Of a DNA stretch of 64,000 nt, positions 29,643 through 38,259 are shown one piece after another. Source of the DNA: Clostridia bacterium. GTDB lineage: Bacteria > Bacillota > Clostridia > UBA1212. Within the stretch, counting starts at the first letter, position 1, and every line of letters starts with the position of its first letter. The stretch is taken from contig JAGAKK010000030.1 of assembly GCA_017625675.1 (NCBI GenBank), positions 10,509 through 74,508 of the forward strand, written 5' to 3'. The notes under the pieces were generated by a model. That model worked only from the letters and a program-made list of their open reading frames with translations. It was not told the origin of the DNA and ran no database searches. The position numbers and the translations under genes are program-made.

Positions 29643-31424
29643 GTGAAACGAAACGATATTGATTCAAAATATAAATGGAAGCTTGAGGACCTTTATTCTG
29701 ATGATGACTTGTGGGAGAGAGATTTTCGGGAGCTGTCAGAGGGTGTGTCCGAAATTGAAGAGCTTAAAGGTACTGCGTCTGCGTCTGCAGATTCTTTGAT
29801 GAACCTGTTGGTGAAGTTTGAAAACTTTTCAAAGAAATTTGAAAAGTTGTTTGTATATGCGAGAATGAGGCTTGACGAGGATAACGGCAATGCGAAATAT
29901 CAGGATATGGCGGCCAGAGCTGAATTCCTTCTTGCAGACTTTTCGGCCAGAACCTCTTTTATTGAGCCGGAGCTTTCTTCGATTTCCGAAGAGGAAATTA
30001 ATAAGTTTATGAGCGATAATGAAGCGCTCAGATTGTATGAGTTTGATTTCAAGGAGAGACTCCGTAGAAAAAAATACGTGCTTTCCGAGAAGGAAGAGCG
30101 CATATTGGCCCTTGCGGCAGAGACCTGTAATGCCTCTGCGGATGCGTTCAGAAAATTCAATAATGCTGATATAAAGTTTCCTTGCATAAAAAATGAGCAG
30201 GGTGAAAAAGTGCAATTGACCCACGGCAGCTACGCTCTTTTCCTTGACAGCAAGGACAGGAACGTCAGAAAAAATGCGTTTAAGGGTATATACAGCGCAT
30301 ACAGGGCGTATCAGAACACCCTGGCATCTATGTACTCCGGACAGGTGAAGAGCGATTGCTTTGTTGCTTCGTCAAGGGGCTATGAGAGCTGTCTCGTTGC
30401 ATCTCTGGATGATGACAATATTGCCGCAGACGTTTATAATAACCTTATCGACGTGGTTAATGCGAATATACCTGCGTTGACGAAATATCTGAAGTTAAGG
30501 AAAAAAGCATTGGGGGTAAGGTCGCTCCATTTGTATGATCTTTATACTCCCATGATTGAAGTGCCTGAGAAAAAGTATTCCTTCGAAGAGGGCTGGGCTC
30601 TTGTGAAAGAGGCGATTAAGCCTATGGGAGAGGAGTATTGTAATATTGCATCCAGGGCCTTTGAGGAGGGCTGGATTGATGTGTACGAGACGGAAGGGAA
30701 GACCACCGGCGCGTATGCCTGGGGCTGTTACGGAAATCATCCGTACATCCTGCTTAACTGGCAAGGTACCTTTGACGATGTGTTTACCCTTGCTCATGAG
30801 CTTGGACACGCTATGCATACTTATTACAGCAATTCCGCTCAGCCGTATAATTACGCAGGCTACAAGATTTTTGTGGCAGAGGTTGCTTCTACTGTCAATG
30901 AAAATCTCCTTGTGGAATATCTGATGAACAATACGGATGACGAGAAAGAGAAGGCGTATATATTAAATCACTATCTGGAGGCTTTCCGCCTTACGATAAT
31001 CAGACAGACTATGTTTGCCGAGTTTGAGCGTGACGTGCATGCAATGGCGGAAAAGGGACAGCCTCTTACCTGCAAGGTTTTGTGTGACACATATTATGCG
31101 TTGAACGTTAAGTATTTTGGCGCGGCGGCTAACGTGGACAGGGACATTGAGCTTGAATGGTCCAGAATTCCGCACTTCTATACGCCCTTTTACGTGTACA
31201 AGTATGCCACAGGTTTTTCTGCGGCTGTTGTGCTTGCGGGAAATATCTTGTCGGGCGACAGTGAAAAGCGCGAGAGATATATTGATTTTCTCAGAAGTGG
31301 CGGCAGTGATTATCCTTTGGAAATATTGAAAAAAGCCGGTGTTGATCTTACGTCTTCTGAGCCTGTTGAAAGAGCGATGAAGTTGTTCTCGGAGAAAATA
31401 GATCAGTTGGGAAAATATATGTGA
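29643..31424 (+). CDS. pepF: Oligoendopeptidase F (M3B)
   Basis: W.LEDLY, GK.TGAY, TLAHELGHAMH, AEVAS, WSRIPHFY.PFYVYKYATG; GTG after AAGGAGG. Confidence 0.93.
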   Translation: MKRNDIDSKYKWKLEDLYSDDDLWERDFRELSEGVSEIEELKGTASASADSLMNLLVKFENFSKKFEKLFVYARMRLDEDNGNAKYQDMAARAEFLLADFSARTSFIEPELSSISEEEINKFMSDNEALRLYEFDFKERLRRKKYVLSEKEERILALAAETCNASADAFRKFNNADIKFPCIKNEQGEKVQLTHGSYALFLDSKDRNVRKNAFKGIYSAYRAYQNTLASMYSGQVKSDCFVASSRGYESCLVASLDDDNIAADVYNNLIDVVNANIPALTKYLKLRKKALGVRSLHLYDLYTPMIEVPEKKYSFEEGWALVKEAIKPMGEEYCNIASRAFEEGWIDVYETEGKTTGAYAWGCYGNHPYILLNWQGTFDDVFTLAHELGHAMHTYYSNSAQPYNYAGYKIFVAEVASTVNENLLVEYLMNNTDDEKEKAYILNHYLEAFRLTIIRQTMFAEFERDVHAMAEKGQPLTCKVLCDTYYALNVKYFGAAANVDRDIELEWSRIPHFYTPFYVYKYATGFSAAVVLAGNILSGDSEKRERYIDFLRSGGSDYPLEILKKAGVDLTSSEPVERAMKLFSEKIDQLGKYM

Positions 31425-31443
31425 ATATGTGAAATGAATTGAG

Positions 31444-32223
31444 GTGCGCAGGGTATTGTTTGGCGACAGAAAGATAGGCTTCGGCTTCGGTGGCATAGAA
31501 GAGGGTGCTTTTAAGCGTTCCTTTGACGGTACCGTAATCGACGGCGTTGACAAAATCGAAGAAAACGTTTTGCTGGATGATTTGTGTGTCTCCGGTCGCG
31601 CAGTATTCCTGGGCGAGGTGGATGCAGACAGAGTGGTTATTCCGGGCTCTGCGGAGTTCAGGGAATTTACTACCTGCGATGATTTTCACGTGTCGGGAAG
31701 CGCGCTGGTAAAGGGTGAGTTTGTGTGTGAAAGCCTTGTGGTGCAAGGCGAAGCAAGAACTCTTGATACTCTTCATTCTGACCTTATTATCGTGGAGGGG
31801 TATCTTAAATCCAGCCGAAAGGTGAAAACGATAAACCTGAACGTTGACGGTACTTTCGAGTGCTCCGGAAGAGTCTTTGCGGATGAAATAAAGACCGGCG
31901 GAAGACTTCTGGCGCTGGGTGAAATGAAGTGCTTTGAACTGGATATTGAATCCGGAAAAGAAAGTATTGTGGGACGACTGCAGGCGGATACTCTCAGAGT
32001 GAAAAACAGTTTGCCCTCTGAGACGGAGTACGTTCTCAATTGCGATTACGCAGATTGCGGAACGGTGGATATTGAATATGCAAAAATTGATTGCCTCAGA
32101 TGTGATCAGTGTAGGATTGGCAAGGGTTGTGTCATAGGAAAACTTGATTGCCGGGAAGAGGCAGAGATATCGCCCGATGCTGTGGTTGAACAGTATGAGG
32201 GTAAAAAAACGGAGGTGCTTTAA
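31444..32223 (+). CDS. Bactofilin-like polymer-forming cytoskeletal protein (YhbE/YhbF type)
   Basis: ~17-aa periodic 'v.G' beta-helix repeats; C-terminal IG.GC.I...ISPDAVV. Confidence 0.72.
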   Translation: MRRVLFGDRKIGFGFGGIEEGAFKRSFDGTVIDGVDKIEENVLLDDLCVSGRAVFLGEVDADRVVIPGSAEFREFTTCDDFHVSGSALVKGEFVCESLVVQGEARTLDTLHSDLIIVEGYLKSSRKVKTINLNVDGTFECSGRVFADEIKTGGRLLALGEMKCFELDIESGKESIVGRLQADTLRVKNSLPSETEYVLNCDYADCGTVDIEYAKIDCLRCDQCRIGKGCVIGKLDCREEAEISPDAVVEQYEGKKTEVL

Positions 32224-32226
32224 TTC

Positions 32227-34575
32227 GTGGAAACAGGAAATAAAAAGAGTTTCTTCAAGCCCGAAAATAAGTGGGACTATATAAAGCTTATCGCAGCGAC
32301 ACTGGCTGTGATATTGGTTTTTGTTATAGTTACTGCTGCCGCATTAAGCACAAGGGACGTGTTTTCGGAGGATTTTAACAGCGGAAAGCATGATTTTGAT
32401 ACAAGTTATAAAGCCGCCGGGAACACCGTTTTCAGCGTCAGTCAGAATCTTGGAATGGACGGGTCAAAGTGTCTTGTTATTGAAAACAGTGCCCAGAGCG
32501 ATGCAAGTTATACGAGAGATATATATTTGCAGGCAAGACGTCATTACAGAGTGACAGGTTACGTAAGAACGGAAAACATCAACGGCTCAGGCGCTGTGGG
32601 TGCATCTATTCAGGTAAAGAAAATGTCAAAAGGCTCCGGCGAAACGGCTGATACTATACTTGCCTCTCAGAATGCCAACGTGACGAGCGGTGCGTGGACC
32701 AAGGTGGTAATAAACCTTCCCGAAACCGATATGAGCCACACGTACCAACTGGTGCTTCGGCTTGGCGGTGTTGAAGACGGCGCTACGGCAGGCAAGGCGT
32801 ATTTTGACAACATTACCGTTGAAAAGATCTCTGCCCTTGACGGAGGTACTTTTGATGACGTGAGAATTCTTTCCTGCATTATCGTGGTGCTGATGCTTTT
32901 TGTATTCTTCGTTGCGTACAGTTATTCAAAAAAATATGAAATCAATGACGGAAAGAGCATTCTGGCTCAGCCGGCAGGCGGTGCCGTTAACGTTACTACT
33001 GCGGTGGTGATTTTGTTTGCGGCGGCGTTTATGCTCCGTATCTTCTTGTCAGTTACCTATTATCAATGTGATATTGACGTCAATCTGTTCAAGTCATGGG
33101 GTGACGTTGCATACAATAAGGGCCTCACAAACGTCTATAAAGAGCTTGGGGCCAATATCGATTATCCGCCTATCGTCGTGTACTTCTTGTGGTTTGCTTC
33201 TGCGGTGGAGAATACTTTCGGAAAATTGTTCGGACTGGGTCACGAGTACGTTCATACAATTTTCGTGAAATTGCCTTCAATGCTTTGCGATATGGCTATC
33301 GGATACGTTATTTATAAGTATGCAAAGAAATACGGTGCGTCAACGGAATGGAGTCTTTTCTTTACGGCACTGTGGCTCTTTAATCCCTTGTCACTTATTG
33401 ACGCCTCCTGTTGGGGTCAGGTTGACTCTATGCTTACGTTGGCGGTTATTCTGAGCATTATTTATCTTAATAAAAAGAAATACCTTATTGCCGGAATCTG
33501 GTTCGGAGTGGGCGTGGTGCTTAAACCGCAGATGTTCTTCTTCCTGCCTGTTTTCGGGTATATGTGGCTTAAAGACGTAATTGAAGACAAGAACGCAATG
33601 AAGGCAGTGAAGAGTTTTTTCGCATCTGTGGGAGGCGCTCTGGCAGGTGTGATTATACCCTGTATACCTTACCTTCACATGGGCTTTGAAAAAGTTGAAT
33701 TGTTTGGAAAAAGCGTAAAGCTTCCTTGGATATTCTCACTGTTTATCGGAACGGCCAACCATTATGAGTATGCGTCCGTAAACAGCTACAACTTCTGGTT
33801 TTTATCAGGAAAGAACTGGGTGGAGGACAAGACGACTCTTCTTGAAGCTGCGCTGAGCGCTGAAAAGCCAAGTCAGCTCTGGATAAACATTCTCTCCAAA
33901 ACACCCCTTGGTGACATCAGCCTTTTTGCTATAGGAATTACGTTTATTGTAATAATAAGCCTTGTGACCTTGTATTTTGCGATAAGGCTTAAAAAAGGAG
34001 AGCACTTGCCTTATCTTCTTTCTGCGTTTATGTTTGCGGCGGTACCTTTCTTTGCGCCAAGAATGCACGAGAGATACTTTTTCCCTGCGCTGGCATTGCT
34101 TATTATTGCCCTTGTGATATATAACAAGCCCCTTTTGCTTTTGCCTGCAGGACTTCTCAGTGCGTCAGGATTCCTTATCGTTACGGACGTTCTGATGGGC
34201 CTTTCTGTGGGAGGAAATCTTAAAAATCTCGGAAAAGATTATGCGGAGTACAGCGATTATTATTGGCCTGCTCACGCGTCAATTCCGGACAGATACAGAA
34301 TGCTTCTTTCATTGTTGATGCTTTTTGCAGTGCTTACGATATGGGCGATAATGATATTTGCAGAAATTGATGAAAAATCCAAAGCAAATATTTTAGGCGG
34401 AAAGATTTACAATGAGGTAAAAAAAGAACCTCAGGTTTCCGGAAAAGGCGGAACTAAGGAAACAACTTCTTTGCCGGGAATTGTGCCTGAAAATTATGAT
34501 AATATTGAGATCGTTGTTGAAAACGTCGAAACGGCAGACGTTTCTGAGAGAAGAGAAAGGGGAGAAGTACAATGA
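32227..34575 (+). CDS. GT-C fold polytopic membrane glycosyltransferase with a CBM4_9-like extracellular domain
   Basis: D...F..W, DYPP, KLP....D, FNP.....WGQ.D, KPQ, SVN.YNFW, MHERY; beta-sandwich domain ending YFDNITV. Confidence 0.78.
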   Translation: METGNKKSFFKPENKWDYIKLIAATLAVILVFVIVTAAALSTRDVFSEDFNSGKHDFDTSYKAAGNTVFSVSQNLGMDGSKCLVIENSAQSDASYTRDIYLQARRHYRVTGYVRTENINGSGAVGASIQVKKMSKGSGETADTILASQNANVTSGAWTKVVINLPETDMSHTYQLVLRLGGVEDGATAGKAYFDNITVEKISALDGGTFDDVRILSCIIVVLMLFVFFVAYSYSKKYEINDGKSILAQPAGGAVNVTTAVVILFAAAFMLRIFLSVTYYQCDIDVNLFKSWGDVAYNKGLTNVYKELGANIDYPPIVVYFLWFASAVENTFGKLFGLGHEYVHTIFVKLPSMLCDMAIGYVIYKYAKKYGASTEWSLFFTALWLFNPLSLIDASCWGQVDSMLTLAVILSIIYLNKKKYLIAGIWFGVGVVLKPQMFFFLPVFGYMWLKDVIEDKNAMKAVKSFFASVGGALAGVIIPCIPYLHMGFEKVELFGKSVKLPWIFSLFIGTANHYEYASVNSYNFWFLSGKNWVEDKTTLLEAALSAEKPSQLWINILSKTPLGDISLFAIGITFIVIISLVTLYFAIRLKKGEHLPYLLSAFMFAAVPFFAPRMHERYFFPALALLIIALVIYNKPLLLLPAGLLSASGFLIVTDVLMGLSVGGNLKNLGKDYAEYSDYYWPAHASIPDRYRMLLSLLMLFAVLTIWAIMIFAEIDEKSKANILGGKIYNEVKKEPQVSGKGGTKETTSLPGIVPENYDNIEIVVENVETADVSERRERGEVQ

Positions 34576-37100
34576 AAAATATCAATATCCCCTTTAAAAC
34601 TAAGATTAAAAAATATTTAAAAACTCTGGTATGTCTTGCAATTATAGTTTTTACCTTGATCGGATGTGCAGGCTGTTCCGGCACAGGAACGTATTCCTTT
34701 GAAAGAGGAAACTCAAAAAAAGTTACCGGCTGGAAAACCTACAATTATCAGGCTGAAAACAATAACAAACTGAGTATCACGAAGATTTCAATTGTGTCAG
34801 GCGGATACAAGGGAAAGGCTCTTAAAATCTCAAGCTCCGAAAATAATGATGCCCGTGTGTATAAGCAGATTTCGGTAAAAGAAAAGTCTGTGTATGAGAT
34901 CAGCGTTATGGTGAAAACTGAAAACGTTGAGGGCGGACACGGCGCAAATATTTCCGGATACAACTGCTATACAGGCCACTCTGAGCCGGTAACGGGTACA
35001 ACAGAAGGCTGGGTAAAGCAGACGATTTACGTAAAAACCGATGAAGGACAGAAGAAAATAAATCTCAGCCTCGGATTGGGTGGCTACAGCAACGAGTCAA
35101 AGGGTACGGCATATTTTGATGAGCTGTCTGTTAAAAAGGTATCTGCCGTTCCTGAAGGCGCAACAGCAATCAGACTGGTGGAGAGGACAGACACCGAAAA
35201 GAAGGACACTGAGGTAAGCATCTGGCTGAAGCTTCTCTTCGTTATCGCTATCGTAGGCGTATTCGTGTATTGCCTTGGGCTTACTGTTGCCAATGATAAA
35301 TACAATGCAAAGATGAAAAAGTCCCTTACCGATGTTCCCGGAAAGCCTGACAAGAGAGATGCCATAATAATGGCGGCAATGACGGTGCTTTGCGCTGTAT
35401 TCTCCTTCGTTCATCTGGGAAGCGTAAGAGGCTGTCCTGAGAATTATTGGAAGGCAGGAGCTGCCGAAGAGTATGTTACCGTTCATTTTAAAGAAAAGAC
35501 CACCGTTTCAAGGGTTGCTTATTATTCAGGTATCCCGTCATCAACGGGAAAATATTCAATTCAGTATCTCACTCCCGACGGAAAGTATCTTGAGGCAACT
35601 GCCCTTAATGCGAGTGAGGACAATGAATATACTGATTTCTTTAAATGGGACTATAAAAACGTTGAATTTACTACGGACGCTGTGAGAGTATACGTTGATG
35701 CTCCCGGATTCTGGCTTAACGAGCTTGGCTTCTACTCCAAAAATTCAAAGGGAGAATACGTCAAGGTGGAGCTTGATATAGGTTCTATTGAAACAAGCTA
35801 TAAGGAAACGAAAACCTCCGGCAAGGCTGAAAATCTTTTTGATGAGCAGAAAGATGTATGCGCCCAGAGGACGTTTATGAATTCTACGTATTTTGATGAG
35901 ATTTACCACCCCAGAACGGCCTACGAGCATCTGCACGGTCTTAGTATTTACGAGTGGACTCATCCGCCTTTGGGAAAGACAATTATTTCCATTGGTATTG
36001 CCATTTTCGGTATGAATACGCTGGGCTGGCGCTTTATGGGTACACTGTTTGGTGTGTTGCTGGTGCCTCTTATGTACGCCTTTGCAAAGAAGGTGTTTAA
36101 AAAGAGTGAGTGGGCATTCTTCGTGTCATTCCTTATGATGTTTGACTTTATGAGGTTGTCCCAGACGAGACTTGCAACTATTGATACCTATGCATGCTTC
36201 TTTACCCTTGCAATGATGTTCTTTATGTACGACTATTTTGTACAAAAGTCCTACGATATACCTGAGAAAAAGGCAATGCTTTCTCTTGCGCTCTCCGGTC
36301 TGATGTTTGGCTTGGGCGCTGCAAGTAAATGGACTTGTCTTTACACAGGAGCAGGACTTGCAATAATTTTCTTCATTGCAAAAATAGCTGAATTTATTGA
36401 TTGTTACAAAAAAAGAGGGCCTTCTAAGCTTACCGCAGAAAAATATTTCACAAATAACTTTATTTTTACTTGCGGAATGTGTATACTATTCTTTGTAATG
36501 ATACCTGTTGGTATTTACGTGCTGTCATATATTCCGTATATGGCATCCAAGCCGGGACAGGATCTGCTTGATATTGTTATAGCTAATCAGAAGGATATGT
36601 ATAACTATCACAGCGATCTTACTTCGTCTCATACTTACGGCGCGGAGTGGTACACATGGCCTTTCTCTACGTACAATATTTTCTACTTTAACGGTGATGC
36701 AGGAGAGTCCGTAGCCAGAGTAATGACTATGGGAAATCCTCTCGTATGGTGGCTTGGCATTCCTTGCTTTATCGCTTCACTGTATTTTGCGTGGAGAAAT
36801 CGTGACAAGCGTATGGGCTTCTTTGCCGTTGCATATATTATGCAGTTTGCGCCCTGGTTTATGGTAAATCGTGTGTGCTACATCTATCATTACTTTACGT
36901 GCGTTCCGTTTACTATGTTTATGATTGCGTACGTGTTTAAGGAACTGGTTGATAAAAAGATCATACCGAAATGGAGCGTATGGCTGTACATGATATTGGT
37001 TCTGATAGTGTTTATAATGTTCTATCCTGCATTGATGGGATTATCTACTACTGCCGGAAAGATTGATTCTCTCAAGTGGCTTTCCACCTGGAGCTTCTGA
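34572..37100 (+). CDS. PMT/GT39-like protein O-glycosyltransferase with a CBM4_9-like and a second extracellular domain
   Basis: YFDEIYH, EWTHPPLGK, GWRF, TR.A.ID, KW, YH..L...H.Y...W.TWP, GNP..WW, YIYHY; possible lipobox near C32/C35. Confidence 0.85.
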   Translation: MKNINIPFKTKIKKYLKTLVCLAIIVFTLIGCAGCSGTGTYSFERGNSKKVTGWKTYNYQAENNNKLSITKISIVSGGYKGKALKISSSENNDARVYKQISVKEKSVYEISVMVKTENVEGGHGANISGYNCYTGHSEPVTGTTEGWVKQTIYVKTDEGQKKINLSLGLGGYSNESKGTAYFDELSVKKVSAVPEGATAIRLVERTDTEKKDTEVSIWLKLLFVIAIVGVFVYCLGLTVANDKYNAKMKKSLTDVPGKPDKRDAIIMAAMTVLCAVFSFVHLGSVRGCPENYWKAGAAEEYVTVHFKEKTTVSRVAYYSGIPSSTGKYSIQYLTPDGKYLEATALNASEDNEYTDFFKWDYKNVEFTTDAVRVYVDAPGFWLNELGFYSKNSKGEYVKVELDIGSIETSYKETKTSGKAENLFDEQKDVCAQRTFMNSTYFDEIYHPRTAYEHLHGLSIYEWTHPPLGKTIISIGIAIFGMNTLGWRFMGTLFGVLLVPLMYAFAKKVFKKSEWAFFVSFLMMFDFMRLSQTRLATIDTYACFFTLAMMFFMYDYFVQKSYDIPEKKAMLSLALSGLMFGLGAASKWTCLYTGAGLAIIFFIAKIAEFIDCYKKRGPSKLTAEKYFTNNFIFTCGMCILFFVMIPVGIYVLSYIPYMASKPGQDLLDIVIANQKDMYNYHSDLTSSHTYGAEWYTWPFSTYNIFYFNGDAGESVARVMTMGNPLVWWLGIPCFIASLYFAWRNRDKRMGFFAVAYIMQFAPWFMVNRVCYIYHYFTCVPFTMFMIAYVFKELVDKKIIPKWSVWLYMILVLIVFIMFYPALMGLSTTAGKIDSLKWLSTWSF

Positions 37101-37132
37101 CGGCCGGACGAATTTGAAAGGGGTTTATACTA

Positions 37133-38257
37133 ATGCAAGCATCAGATTTTGTAAAAGCAACCGGTTGTACTTTCTTTACCGGTGTGCCGGATTCACAGCT
37201 TAAAGGTCTTTGTGACTATCTCTACGACAATAAGGGTATTTCGAAAGACCATATTATTGCCGCTAATGAAGGAAATGCCACTGCTCTTGCAGCAGGCTAT
37301 TATATGGCCACAGGCAAGCTTCCTCTTGTATATATGCAAAACAGCGGTATCGGAAATATTATCAATCCCGTTGCATCACTTCTTAATGATAAGGTGTATG
37401 CGATTCCTTGCCTTTTCGTTGTGGGCTGGAGAGGAGAGCCCGGTGTCAAGGACGAGCCTCAGCATATTTATCAGGGCGAGGTTACAGTAAAGCTTCTTGA
37501 GGATATGGATATTGTTACTTGCATTATCGACAAGGAAACTACCGCAGAGGATATTGAGGCTAAAATTAAGGAATGGGCTCCTGTTTTTGAGCAGGGAAAG
37601 AGCGCTGCATTCGTAGTGAGAAAGGGTGCTCTCAGTTATGACGGAAAGCCTGTTTATAAAAATGATTACGCTATGACCCGTGAGCATGTGATTGAGCTTA
37701 TCACAAAGGCTGCAGGGGACGATATTATCGTGTCTACTACAGGAAAGGCATCAAGAGAGCTTTTTGAGATAAGAGAGCGGGCAGGAGAGACACACAGTCA
37801 CGATTTCCTTACCGTAGGTTCAATGGGACACAGCTCTTCCATTGCGCTTAGCATTGCGCTTAATAAGCCCGGTAGCCGTGTGTGGTGTATTGACGGTGAC
37901 GGAAGTCTTCTTATGCACCTTGGAGCAGCTGCAGTGATGGGTGCCAACGCGCCTGAAAATATGGTACATATCGTTATTAATAACGGTGCTCACGAGACTG
38001 TAGGCGGAATGCCAACTGTTTCTGAAAAAATTGACGTTGTTAAAATCGCAGAGGGCTGCGGATACAAGAAAGCGGTGTCCGTTGACAACGAAAGCGATCT
38101 TATAAAAATCCTTGATGAGGTAAAGAAGGGAACTGATTGCCTTACTCTTATTGAGATAAAAGCGGCTCTCGGTTCAAGAGCAGATCTTGGCCGTCCCACT
38201 CTTACCGCAAGACAAAACGTAGAAAATTTCATGAATTATCTGAAGGAGAAAAACTGA
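37133..38257 (+). CDS. aepY: Phosphonopyruvate decarboxylase
   Basis: FTGVPDS.LK, AANEG, YMQNSG.GN, WRGEPG..DEPQH, TVGSMGH, DGDG TPP motif, LGRP. Confidence 0.93.
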   Translation: MQASDFVKATGCTFFTGVPDSQLKGLCDYLYDNKGISKDHIIAANEGNATALAAGYYMATGKLPLVYMQNSGIGNIINPVASLLNDKVYAIPCLFVVGWRGEPGVKDEPQHIYQGEVTVKLLEDMDIVTCIIDKETTAEDIEAKIKEWAPVFEQGKSAAFVVRKGALSYDGKPVYKNDYAMTREHVIELITKAAGDDIIVSTTGKASRELFEIRERAGETHSHDFLTVGSMGHSSSIALSIALNKPGSRVWCIDGDGSLLMHLGAAAVMGANAPENMVHIVINNGAHETVGGMPTVSEKIDVVKIAEGCGYKKAVSVDNESDLIKILDEVKKGTDCLTLIEIKAALGSRADLGRPTLTARQNVENFMNYLKEKN

Positions 38258-38259
38258 AC

